From NCBI GenBank assembly GCA_950097015.1, contig CATNEN010000007.1, positions 9,176,001 to 9,240,000 on the forward strand: 64,000 nt of DNA, written 5' to 3'. Origin of the DNA: Macrostomum hystrix. Taxonomy: Eukaryota; Animalia; Platyhelminthes. The notes below the pieces were generated by a model. The model searched no databases. It was not told where the DNA came from and saw only the letters and a program-made list of their open reading frames with translations. This document shows, in pieces, positions 11,902-23,967 of the stretch; the first letter of the stretch is position 1, and each line of letters opens with the position of its first letter. The position numbers were made by a program, and so were the translations under genes.

Positions 11902-12015
11902 GCACCGTGGTGCGGACTCCGTCCTACCCGGGCCTGAAGGAGTTCCCGCGTCTACACTTCACCCTGCGCGAGACGGCCATCCTTGATGGCGACAGCGCGA
12001 CCGCAGCCGGCCAGG
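11846..12015 (+). CDS. GABBR2: GABA-B receptor C-tail exon with polyQ13
   Basis: tgtcag|C; CDLAK(Q)13STVVRTPSYPGLKEFPRLHF; donor G|gtaaac (or reads on to a stop at 12128). Confidence 0.55.
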
Positions 12016-13964
12016 GTAAACACGTGGCACCGCCCCCAGCCCTGCCCCACCCACGCTGTCAATCAAGCTGGCAGCACCGAGCTAGCCGTTTCCCAAGAGC
12101 GACTGGTTCGCTGATCAAATGCGATTAATTTAAGGGGCTGCAGTTGGCTACCACTCGAAGCTCAAAGATGTCAGAAAGTCATAGCAATACAGTCAACAGA
12201 ACTCCTACCGCATGCATGTTTTATTTCGCTTCATTTTTTGTCGCTTCAACATCCCTTATTCCTGAACAGTAGAAAGACCCCTTGGCAAATACGGCGGGAC
12301 ATTTCAAATACCCAATTCCTACTTCACAATAGCCGGCATGATCGTAAATTGTACCACAAGCTACCTAAAATTAATCGGGCATCACGGTAGAATCGAGCTC
12401 GGGGTCGTTGGCGATAAGTGTCGTTACTAAAGCGCGGCACGATGCTGTGGTTGAAGTTGAATGCGCCAAACCTGCATGCTGCCAGTTGAAACCCCACCAA
12501 ACTACGAGCTGACTGTTGTTGCCGTGTTCCCAAACACCCACTTTACTAAAATTGCATGCACCGAAAACTAATTTCCGCTTTGTTCATTCATCTGTGATTT
12601 TTGCTTTTTCTAACTGCTTAACCAGCGGTTAGAGATGAGTCTGCCATCAGCGTAGACCTGGCACCTGCCACTGCCTGACTGTAGACTAGATTGACTGCTC
12701 AGACTTACCTGCAAAACCGCCCCTTGACTTTTTTGAGCTGACAAAAAACAGACAGACATACATGCAGACAGACAGATAAAACTTGTGCTGCCTCGCTAAA
12801 TCGATTTTTAAGGATTGACAGGCATAGCCAATCTTCACCCTGCCCTTCTTGATGTCTTCCCATTTCAGGTGGTGAGGATCTCGTCCGCAGGGACTATAGT
12901 CAAGAGCAGGATGAGGATGAGGATTCTGACGAAGCCAGCAGTCGCAACGCGCCCTCGGCCCGGTTACTAACTTGACCTTCGACCTGACCCCGGCGCTTGG
13001 CTGAGGCCGACTAGCAGTCCTCGGACTAACCGCGGAATTACCGTGGGCTATCCGCGGAATTTCCGCGGACAAGCCTGCTCTGCGCACAAAGCGGCACTGC
13101 CCGGACCAAACGCACTAAAACTAACAACACTCACTCCGCTGACAATTCTCACTTCATGTTCTCTCTCAATGTCTCTGATTGGATAGATGCTCTTCTGCCT
13201 AAAAAGTCAAGCCTAAAATTGTGAACGCGTTAATTTCTAAATTGTCCTCTTCTGGTATTCGTCTTTCCACTGACCTTATTCGTTTATGTCAGTGCAGACT
13301 CTATGTACCCCGGCACCTGCATACTGGTGCATCACTAATCTCTCATATTCTCTTCTGATGAGAACTCCAAAAAGGCTGAGCCAGAAACCACCAAGCATTT
13401 ATCACTGCCAAACCCCGACCTCCCTACTTGATCGAGCACTGTCAGTTGGTGAGCACGCTTCCACACTTCTCTTTCTGCACCGCAATATTTGCACCACCGC
13501 CAAGCAGTCGACGGACGGAACTTCTCACAAAGTAATTGAGCAGCTATATCCGACTCAAAATTAACAGCGGCTCGACTAACTCGTAAGTCCTTTGTCAATA
13601 AACCACTGGATGAATATTCTTCAGCTCGAGGTTCTGGATAGAATTTCCCATATTAGCCTAGGCAAAAAGCAACCCACAAAACTGCTTTCGAACGCAAAGC
13701 GATTTAACAACAGCAGCAGCGAACTTCATTTACTAACCACTTCGTGTTTTATATTAGACAGAGTAAAAATGTAACGCAAAACCAACAAATAATATTTCTG
13801 CAGCCATAAAATTGCGTATAATTATTACTAACTGCTGGCTTCGGATCGGAAATGGATTCTATCGAGTTTGGCACCCAAATTTTAAGCAGTCAAATTAAAT
13901 AATTGTTTCCATGAATCGTTAGTGATTGCGGGATACATTTCAATAACATCAACATATTTCATAG

Positions 13965-14560
13965 CGTCTTCAAACTACGAGCCCCGATCCGTCAGAACGT
14001 CTTCAAACTACGAGCCCCGATCCGTCAGAACGTCTTCAAGCTACGAGCCCCGATCCGTCAGAACTTCTTCAAACTACGAGCCCTGATCCGTCAGAACTTC
14101 TTCAAGCTACGAGCTCTGATCCGTCAGAACGTCTTCAAGCAACTAGCCCCGATCCGTCAGAACTTCTTCAAACTACGAGCCCCGATCCGTCAGAACGTCT
14201 TCAAACTACGAGCCCCGATCCGTCAGAACGTCTTCAAACTACGAGCCCCGATCCGTCAGAACGTCTTCAAACTACGAGCCCCGATCCGTCAGAACGTCTT
14301 CAAGCAACTAGCCCCGATCCGTCAGAACGTTTTCAAGCTACGAGCCCCGATCCGTCAGAACTTCTTCAAACTACGAGCCCCGATCCGTCAGAATGTCTTC
14401 AAACTACGAGCCCCGATCCGTCAGAACGTCTTCAAGCAACTAGCCCCGATCCGTCAGAACTTCTTCAAACTACGAGCCCTGATCCGTCAGAACTTCTTCA
14501 AGCTACGAGCTCTGATCCGTCAGAACGTCTTCAAGCAACTAGCCCCGATCCGTCAGAACT
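13965..14560. repeat. 33-bp minisatellite CGTCTTCAAACTACGAGCCCCGATCCGTCAGAA
   Basis: About 18 copies. Confidence 0.94.
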
Positions 14561-14686
14561 AATTTAAGCTTCTAGCCCCAACTCAAACTACTGCTATTAC
14601 CCTATTGTTCATGGTACTCAATCATCTTAAAAGGAGCTCCATTTTGTGCCCATTTTTACTCTATAACGGTTGAAATCGTGTCGCAG

Positions 14687-14994
14687 GTACCGTTTCCGGT
14701 TGGCTGCGGCTCTTTTTTCAACGTCACCGGCTGTGGCGACGTCGGCATCGACGTCTGCAGAGGCGTCGTCGTTTAGACAGCCTGACGGAGGTCTCTGAGG
14801 GCACGGAAGCCGCCACAGATGCTGAAGCCTCATCAGCAGAAGCGCACGTCGCCAGCCGACTGCGACCAAGCCAGTCGCGGACGCCGCTGCTGGCCGCGGT
14901 GACGCCGCAGTCGTTTGCGTCAACAGCCTTGGAAGCTTCATCGAATGTCGATTGCCCCAGCTTTTTTGTTATCGAGGCCAGCGTTCACATTTAG
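14687..14994 (+). CDS. GABBR2: GABA-B receptor putative last exon
   Basis: tcgcag|GT, phase 1 matches the upstream donor; 102 codons ending ...CPSFFVIEASVHI*. Confidence 0.5.
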
Positions 14995-15744
14995 CGTAAA
15001 ATTTGCATATTGAGGAAAACATGGAGCTGAGTAGTGCTTAGATCAAGGACTCTAGATTTCGTAACTTTAAGATGACCTTATTCGAGCGTATATTAACAGG
15101 CAACGAAGCTTAACCTCACATTTTTATAGTTACTCTCGTCTAAATTTTCACTGGCATTTTAACTAATGTTAAATTCCAAATGCGTACTTTAAATAGTTAC
15201 TTTTTAGAGTGCATGTACTTTTAAGCAAAGCGGTGTATTTCGTTTAAAATAGTGCAGATTATTGTTGGTAATCATCTCAAAATAAGTGAGTCGATTCCAA
15301 CCGTCGGCAGATATCACAAGCCCAGAACCATGAATCTCCATTAGATCTTACTAGACAATGCTGGATACACTAATTTTCATTCGCAGTGCGGTGGGCCAGC
15401 TGCTTCATTCGAACTAACCATGTATGTTTTTGTAAAACTTTGTTCCAGATGCGAAGAGACTCCGAGCTCCAACTCGCTTAAATCGAATTGCCCGCGCCAA
15501 AGTCCCACTGCTCCTATGCATATCATGCTGGTGTATTTACCTAGGTCTCACACCTGCTGAGACTATGAAATACATGCATTAATTGCATATCAGCTGCTAG
15601 CTGACTACTTTAGAGATTTTAATAGTTATGCTTGTATTGTGACTAAGAGAACAAGCCCCTAAGTGCTGCCTCAGTGCCTTTCTTATCGGTACAGCTGCGT
15701 TTGGACTTTTTAAAACTTTCCTCCTGCATTTTTTCTTTCATTTA

Positions 15745-16065
15745 TACTTCTTTCCCTTCTCTCCACCCAGCAATCCCTTCCCTCCGCCATTCTCCCCTTC
15801 CCTTTCCACTTTCTCCCCTTCCCTCTCCGCTTTCTCCACTTCCCTCCGCCATTCTCCCCTTCCCTTTCCACTTTCTCCCCTTCCCTCTCCGCTTTCCCCT
15901 CTTCCCTCTCCACTTTCTCCCCTTCCCTCTCCGCTTTCTCCACTTTCCTCCGCCATTCTCCCCTTCCCTCCGCCTTTCTCCCCTTCCTTGTGCCACTCTC
16001 CCTTTCCTCCGCCTATATCCACTTTGCTGCGGCATTCTCCCCTTCCCTTCGCCTTTCTCCCCTTC
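15745..16065. repeat. Pyrimidine-rich degenerate ~21-bp array
   Basis: CCGCCATTCTCCCCTTCCCT-like units. Confidence 0.8.
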
Positions 16066-16188
16066 CATAAGAGACTCAGACAGTCCGGAGCCCGCGGCTC
16101 AGAGAGCCGTGACTGTTCCTTAGCAACACGCATTGCAAGTTCGGGGGGTACAAAAGGCCAAACGAAGCCGTGCTGTATTTGCTGACGC

Positions 16189-16194
16189 AATAAA
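16189..16194 (+). terminator. Candidate polyadenylation signal for the GABA-B receptor
   Basis: AATAAA about 1.2 kb after the putative stop codon. Confidence 0.25.
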
Positions 16195-16459
16195 AGTGCA
16201 CTCAGAGAATCATGCAGGAAGAGCGATAAAAACAGCTAAAATGAACAAGCAGAACTCACAGACAGCCAGTAGAGGCTAGCAGACGCGGACAAATACTTGA
16301 CAGTAATGAAAGCAGCACTTTAAAGCTCAAATGTGCTTGCGAAAATGAGTATTCAAAAATGTGTACGCAGATAGAATGAGAGCGATTAGGTAAAAGCAGC
16401 TGAACACGGAGCACAGAAGCCTGTAGTCCCATCGAGTGCCAGCACCTGCCAGTTCAAGT

Positions 16460-18920
16460 GTTGCTGGTGGGTGATGTAGGTTGGTGGGTGATGGGACAGG
16501 TTGGTGGGTGATGTAGGCTGGTGGGTGATGTAGGCTGGTGGGTGATGTAGACTGGTGGGTGATGGGACAGGTTGCTGGGTGATGGGGCAGGTTGGTGGGT
16601 GATAGGACAGGTTGGTGGGTGATGGGACAGGTTGGTGGGTGATGGGACAGGTTGGTGGGTGATGGGACAGGTTGCTGGGTGATGGGGCAGGTTGGTGGGT
16701 GATGGGACAGGTTGCTGGGTGATGGGACAGGTTGCTGGGTGATGGGACAGGTTGCTGGGTGATGGGACAGGTTGCTGGGTGATGGGGCAGGTTGGTGGGT
16801 GATGGGACAGGTTGCTGGGTGATGGGACAGGTTGCTGGGTGATGGGACAGGTTGGTGGGTGATGGGGCAGGTTGGTGGGTGATGTAGGCTGGTGGGTGAT
16901 GTAGGCTGGTGGGTGATGTAGGCTGGTGGGTGATGTAGACTGGTGGGTGATGGGACAGGTTGCTGGGTGATGGGGCAGGTTGGTGGGTGATAGGACAGGT
17001 TGGTGGGTGATGGGACAGGTTGGTGGGTGAAGGGACAGGTTGGTGGGTGATGGGACAGGTTGCTGGGTGATGGGGCAGGTTGGTGGGTGATGGGACAGGT
17101 TGCTGGGTGATGGGACAGGTTGCTGGGTGATGGGACAGGTTGCTGGGTGATGGGACAGGTTGCTGGGTGATGGGGCAGGTTGGTGGGTGATGGGACAGGT
17201 TGCTGGGTGATGGGACAGGTTGCTGGGTGATGGGACAGGTTGGTGGGTGATGGGGCAGGTTGGTGGGTGATGGGACAGGTTGGTGGGTGATGGGACAGGT
17301 TGCTGGGTGATGGGACAGGTTGCTGGGTGATGGGACAGGTTGCTGGGTGATGGGGCAGATAGTGGGTGATGGGGCAGGTTAGTGGGTGATGGGGAAGGTT
17401 GGTGGGTGATGGGACAGGTTGGTGGGTGATGGGGCAGGTTGGTGGGTGATGGGACAGGTTGCTGGGTGATGGGACAGGTTGCTGGGTGATGGGACAGGTT
17501 GCTGGGTGATGGGACAGGTTAGTGGGTGATGGGACAGGTTAGTGGGTGATGGGGCAGGTTGGTGGGTGATGGGACAGGTTGCTGGGTGATGGGACAGGTT
17601 GCTGGGTGATGGGACAGGTTAGTGGGTGATGGGACAGGTTAGTGGGTGATGGGGCAGGTTGGTGTGTGATGGGACAGGTTGCTGGGTGATGGGACAGGTT
17701 GCTGGGTGATGGGACAGGTTGCTGGGTGATGGGGCAGGTTGGTGGGTGATGGGACAGGTTGCTGGGTGATGGGACAGGTTGCTGGGTGATGGGACAGGTT
17801 GCTGGGTGATGGGGCAGATAGTGGGTGATGGGGCAGGTTAGTGGGTGATGGGGAAGGTTGGTGGGTGATGGGACAGGTTGGTGGGTGATGGGGCAGGTTG
17901 GTGGGTGATGGGACAGGTTGCTGGGTGATGGGACAGGTTGCTGGGTGATGGGACAGGTTGCTGGGTGATGGGACAGGTTAGTGGGTGATGGGACAGGTTA
18001 GTGGGTGATGGGGCAGGTTGGTGGGTGATGGGACAGGTTGCTGGGTGATGGGACAGGTTGCTGGGTGATGGGACAGGTTAGTGGGTGATGGGACAGGTTA
18101 GTGGGTGATGGGGCAGGTTGGTGTGTGATGGGACAGGTTGCTGGGTGATGGGACAGGTTGCTGGGTGATGGGACAGGTTGCTGGGTGATGGGACAGGTTG
18201 CTGGGTGATGGGACAGGTTGGTGGGTGATGGGGCAGGTTGGTGGGTGATGGGACAGGTTGGTGGGTGATGGGGCAGGTTGGTGGGTGATGGGACAGGTTG
18301 CTGGGTGATGGGACAGGTTGCTGGGTGATGGGACAGGTTGCTGGGTGATGGGACAGGTTAGTGGGTGATGGGACAGGTTAGTGGGTGATGGGGCAGGTTG
18401 GTGGGTGATGGGACAGGTTGCTGGGTGATGGGACAGGTTGCTGGGTGATGGGACAGGTTGCTGGGTGATGGGACAGGTTGCTGGGTGATGGGACAGGTTG
18501 GTGGGTGATGGGGCAGGTTGCTGGGTGATGGGACAGGTTGCTGGGTGATGGGACAGGTTGCTGGGTGATGGGACAGGATGCTGGGTGATGGGACAGGTTA
18601 GTGGGTGATGGGACAGGTTAGTGGGTGATGGGGCAGGTTGCTGGGTGATGGGACAGGTTGCAGGGTGATGGGACAGGTTGCTGGGTGATGGGACAGGTTG
18701 CTGGGTGATGGGACAGGTTGCTGGGTGATGGGACAGGTTGCTGGGTGATGGGACAGGTTGCTGGGTGATGGGACAGGTTGCTGGGTGATGGGACAGGTTG
18801 CTGGGTGATGGGACAGGTTGCTGGGTGATGGGACAGGTTGCTGGGTGATGGGACAGGTTGGTGGGTGATGGGACAGGTTGGTGGGTGATGGGGCAGGTTG
18901 GTGGGTGATGTAGGTTGGTT
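16460..18920. repeat. 20-bp G-rich minisatellite GGGTGATGGGACAGGTTGCT (~2.4 kb)
   Basis: About 120 copies, with internal block duplications. Confidence 0.96.
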
Positions 18921-19554
18921 GGTGAAGCGAAACCAATTGATCCCTCATATTCAACCGCAAAAAGAGAATATTTGATGATTTCAGCATTGGCATGCAAGAT
19001 ACGCAGCTGGTATGCAGTGAAAGCGTAGTTGCGCAATTGAACAGGTGGCATAGCAACTGATGCCACCAGCAGAAGGCGTGCGTAGTATCAGTAATTGAAT
19101 ATGCATATAATTGATAAAAGTCTCGAATCTGTTAGTGCACATAAGTAAGGTAGGCGTGTACTTACGAATAGTCAAATCAGAAGTAAATCAGAGTAGGCAT
19201 GGCCCAACCCAGAATATGTGCGACAGGAAAACTCTAATTATATGTGAGCTAAATATAAACTGATATAATAATAAGCATACATTATTCATGCATATTCATG
19301 AATAATGAGACATGAGACACAGGCATATTCTGTGTCTCAGCTAGGAGTGGTGTAAGACAATGGCTAATGATAATATTGCATTGCAGGAAGACGCAGCGAG
19401 AACAGAAAGGGCGGCAGATCTGAGCCGGATGTGTTGGAAGCTGAACAAACACTTTGATTTTCAAAGTTGCTTCAAAAAAGATCTAGCTTCAAGCTTTACT
19501 CCGCTCCAAGATACTGATTGGGTGGCCAAGCAAAAACTTTGCGACACAGACCAT

Positions 19555-20350
19555 GTTGCTGGGAGATTCTCAGGTAGGTTGCTGGGAGATTCTCAGGTAG
19601 GTTGCTGGGAGATTCTCAGGTAGGTTGCTGGGAGATGCTCAGGTAGGTTGCTGGGAGATTCTCAGGTAGGTTGCTGGGAGATTCTCAGGTAGGTTGCTGG
19701 GAGATGCTCAGGTAGGTTGCTGGGAGATTCTCAGGTAGGTTGCTGGGAGATGCTCAGGTAGGTTGCTGGGAGATTCTCAGGTAGGTTGCTGGGAGATTCT
19801 CAGGTAGGTTGCTGGGAGATTCTCAGGTAGGTTGCTGGGTGATTCTCAGGTAGGTTGCTGGGAGATTCTCAGGTAGGTTGCTGGGAGATTCTCAGGTAGG
19901 TTGCTGGGAGATTCTCTGGTAGGTTGCTGGGAGATTCTCAGGTAGGTTGCTGGGAGATTCTCAGGTAGGTTGCTGGGAGATGCTCAGGTAGGTTGCTGGG
20001 AGATTCTCAGGTAGGTTGCTGGGAGATTCTCAGGTAGGTTGCTGGGAGATGCTCAGGTAGGTTGCTGGGAGATTCTCAGGTAGGTTGCTGGGAGATGCTC
20101 AGGTAGGTTGCTGGGAGATTCTCAGGTAGGTTGCTGGGAGATTCTCAGGTAGGTTGCTGGGAGATTCTCAGGTAGGTTGCTGGGTGATTCTCAGGTAGGT
20201 TGCTGGGAGATTCTCAGGTAGGTTGCTGGGAGATTCTCAGGTAGGTTGCTGGGAGATTCTCTGGTAGATTGGTGGGAGATTCTCAGGTAGGCTGGTGGGA
20301 GATTCTCAGGTAGGTTGGTGGGAGATTCTCAGGTAGGCTGGTGGGAGATA
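19555..20350. repeat. 23-bp minisatellite GGGAGATTCTCAGGTAGGTTGCT
   Basis: About 34 copies. Confidence 0.95.
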
Positions 20351-21094
20351 TTAAGGGATGTTTGTCCCAACTGTCTTAGGCAAGGCCAGCTTTTCTGTAT
20401 TTAGAGGAAATGCAACAAATCCAAGCTGTAAAAATGAAGTTTAGCGATAAGCTGAAAGTTTGCAATAAAAAGAGAGTATAGAAGCAGAAATTCTAGCTCA
20501 GCAGTCTCAGCAGGGCTGGGTTGCAGTTCGTTGGAGCCAAGCCACTAATTTGAAAACAAGCCACACGCAAACAAAGCAACTAAAAGGCCATTTCATTGCG
20601 ATAATTAAACTAGTAGAATAAAAAATGCTTTCGCTGGCATTTCTCAGAATCTGATAACAGTTGTGAGCGAGTGAAATAACAATGAGCAGTCCAGGCCAAC
20701 TCGCGCGATGTCGGAAGTCACTGCAGCTGTTGCTGTTGCAGCGCTGAGAAATTGCACCCAAGAAAATTGCTTCCAGTCAGTTAGGATAGACAGCGGCCCC
20801 TGGATACAAGCCCGGCAGAATATTTGCACACAATGGCATTCTCTTTATTGCAGTCGGTGTCCGCCCAAGCTTCTCAGTTGCTAGGACAACGGGCAGAGTT
20901 AGGCACGGTAGAGACGGGAAAGAGGAGAAAGGAGATGAGACTCTGACGGAGACAAAAAGACAAGAATAGATAGTGGTAGAGATAATGGAAGAGAGAAAAA
21001 TTGATAAGGATAGACACAAGAGGACAAATGTAGAGACAAGACAAGAGGACATAAATATTGGGGAGATAGAGACGAGTGAAATTGATGATAAAAA

Positions 21095-21365
21095 AGAGAA
21101 TGGGGGATAAGGATAAAGAGAGAATGTGAGATGAGGATAAAGAGAGAATGAGAGATGGGGATAAAGAGAGAATGTGAGATAAGGATAGAGAGAGAATGAG
21201 AGATAAGGATAAAGAGAGAACGAGAGATGAGGATAAAGAGAGAATGAGAGATGGGGATAAAGAGAGAATGTGAGATAAGGATAGAGAGAGAATGAGAGAT
21301 AAGGATAAAGAGAGAACGAGAGATGAGGATAAAGACAGAATGAGAGATAAGGATAGAGAGGGAAT
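21095..21365. repeat. Purine-rich ~22-24-bp array GATAAGGATAAAGAGAGAATGAGA
   Basis: Tandem copies. Confidence 0.85.
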
Positions 21366-21913
21366 GGCTACGTCAGATAAGTATAAAATGAGAAGGGATA
21401 GAGATTAGAGATTAGAGAGAAGGGTAGATAAGAACAGAGGTGTAAGAGGAAAGGGAGAGAGGGGGAGGTCACAGTCAGTCGTTGTCCTCCTTGCGACTCC
21501 AGCGGTTGAACCTCTGTAAGTGCAGTGGGTGTGTTGGTTGTTTATGAAGGCCAGTCATATTGTCCAGTGAAACAGCACGTTAGCACCAATTCCTAGGCGC
21601 AGTTAAGTAATGTGCGGAAAATCAATGATATGAAAGCTGATTATTGCACAAAATTGATTGCTGAAATTTGTTAACCAATAGTTGTTAAAGAGAATTAATA
21701 ATATTCACAACTGAATCAGCAATAATGCATTATTCACACCAGCTGCAAGTATTGCGTGTTAAAAAATTAGATAAATTTAGTGCAGTTTGTGAATGGCTAA
21801 AGCTGAGTGTGCGGCTGACTTAAACTGTGCCACGGTGGATTGCTAGATAGTAGTCCGTGGCTAGACTAGCAATCCAGAAAGCATTTCCCGGTGCCTAATG
21901 ACACAAATACGAA

Positions 21914-22156
21914 TTAAATATTTATTTCACTAAGGACTGCGACATCTGCCGCTACCCGGGAGAAGGACGCGTAGAGGCTGGCCCGCTTCAGCCGGGCGGT
22001 CTCTCGGAGGGTCACCGGCCAGCCACCACCAGAGGCGGCAGCGGCTGCGCCCGAAGGGAGGGCGTCGGGACCGCCGCCCTCTGAATCCATATCGTCGTCG
22101 TCTTCGAAGCTGTCCGAATCGGCAGCCAGTGAGTGCCAGCGGGTCGGCCTCTGCTG
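21914..22156 (-). CDS. BicD: Bicaudal-D putative terminal exon
   Basis: Pyrimidine tract plus catcag|CAGCAG tandem acceptors; phase 0; 80 aa QQRPTRWHSLAADSDSFEDDDDMD...SEINI*; GC-rich. Confidence 0.6.
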   Translation of the reverse strand, partial: QQRPTRWHSLAADSDSFEDDDDMDSEGGGPDALPSGAAAAASGGGWPVTLRETARLKRASLYASFSRVAADVAVLSEINI

Positions 22157-22179
22157 CTGATGCGGAAGTGGCGGAGAAA

Positions 22180-23425
22180 GGATGAAGAATGGTGGAGAGG
22201 TAGGGGAGATTTCAGGATGAGGAAGAGTGGAGATGTAGGGGAGATTTCAGGATGAGGAAGAGTGGAGAGGTAGGGGAGATTTCAGGATGAGGAAGGGTGG
22301 AGATGTAGGGGAGATTTCAGGATGAGGAAGGGTGGAGATGTAGGGGAGATATCAGGATGAGGAAGGGTGGAGATGTAGGGGAGATTTCAGGATGAGGAAT
22401 GGTGGAGAGGAGATTTCTGGGTGAGGCAGGGAGGAGAGGAGATTGCAGGGTGGGGAAGGGAGGAGAGGAGATTGCAGGGTGGGGAAGGGTGGAGAAGAGA
22501 TTGCAGGGTGAGGCAGGGAAGAGAGGAGATTGCAGGGTGAGGCAGGGAGGAGAGGAGATTGCAGGGTGGGGAAGGGAGGAGAGGAGATTGCAGGGTGAGG
22601 CAGGGAGGAGAGGAGATTGCAGGGTGAGGCAGGGAAGTGAGGAGATTGCAGGGTGAGGCAGGGAGGAGAAGAGATTGCAGGGTGAGGCAGGGAAGTGAGG
22701 AGATTGCAGGGTGAGGCAGGGAGGAGAGAAGATTGCAGGGTGAGGAAGGGAGGAGAGGAGATTGCAGGGTGGGGAAGGGAGGAGAGGAGATTGCAGGGTG
22801 GGGAAGGGAGGAGAGGAGATTGCAGGGTGGGGAAGGGAGGAGAGGAGATTGCAGGGTGAGGCAGGGAGGAGAGGAGATTGCAGGGTGAGGAAGGGAGGAG
22901 AAGAGATTGCAGGGTGAGGAAGGGAGGAGAAGAGATTGCAGGGTGAGGCAGGGAGGAGAGGAGATTGCAGGGTGAGGAAGGGAGGAGAAGAGATTGCAGG
23001 GTGAGGCAGGGAGGAGAGGAGATTGCAGGGTGAGGAAGGGAGGAGAGGAGATTGCAGGGTGGGGAAGGGAGGAGAGGAGATTGCAGGGTGGGGAAGGGAG
23101 GAGAGGAGATTGCAGGGTGGGGAAGGGAGGAGAGGAGATTGCAGGGTGAGGCAGGGAAGTGAGGAGATTGCAGGGTGGGGAAGGGTGGAGAAGAGATTGC
23201 AGGGTGAGGCAGGGAAGAGAGGAGATTGCAGGGTGAGGAAGGGAGGAGAGGAGATTGCAGGGTGAGGCAGGGAGGAGAGGAGATTGCAGGGTGGGGAAGG
23301 GAGGAGAGGAGATTGCAGGGTGGGGAAGGGAGGAGAGGAGATTGCAGGGTGGGGAAGGGAGGAGAGGAGATTGCAGGGTGAGGCAGGGAGGAGAGGAGAT
23401 TGCAGGGTGAGGCAGGGAGGAGAGG
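22180..23425. repeat. Compound purine array: 34-bp unit, then 29-bp unit GGAGATTGCAGGGTGAGGCAGGGAGGAGA
   Basis: Tandem copies; unit switches near 22410. Confidence 0.94.
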
Positions 23426-23967
23426 TAAGGTAGATAAAAGAGCATTCTTACATAATGCATGAATTACTGAGTTCAAGAGATTCCTATGAATCAAGCAGTC
23501 GTTGGGCAGACACCAATGAGTAATCGTCATAATAAAAAACATCTATGTTTCGTGGCACTGCTGCCTACCGGCCTACTAACAGTAGAGCAAAAAACGCATT
23601 AATGAAAAAATGGAATTTCGCAATTACAAAGCACCGCGAGACAAACCGACAGAAGTGGAAATGATAAAAATTCTTACTCAGAGCTGAGCAGAGCTAACAA
23701 AGGAGCGAGCTAGACAAACACGCTGCTCAGTTTGCTCAGACGCCATCTGACGCACTGAAAGTTTTCAATAGCGAGAACTCCGAGGAGTCACTCCTTCTTG
23801 TAATAGCTTGCGATAGCACCACCAAGACTAAAATATAAAATACGACAACACTAACTACATAGATGTGCGATAACAACACACAACAACATACATCCCACAG
23901 CTAGTGAAGGTTTAATATTTTAATTATAAAACAAAAATACTCACAACATATTACCGTACGGAATAGC

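Noticed and set aside
13220-13529. Possible solo LTR (TGTGA...TCACA) containing CTGATGA...GAAA
   Set aside because: No TSD, no second copy, and hammerhead stems do not pair
13965-14560. CRISPR-like appearance of 28-42-bp repeats
   Set aside because: Head-to-tail repeats with no unique spacers, no cas genes, eukaryotic context
1428-20350. Idea that splice-donor-like motifs in arrays always lie antisense to the host gene
   Set aside because: The 1428-1855 array has GTGAGG/GTGAGT on the sense strand, so the pattern is inconsistent
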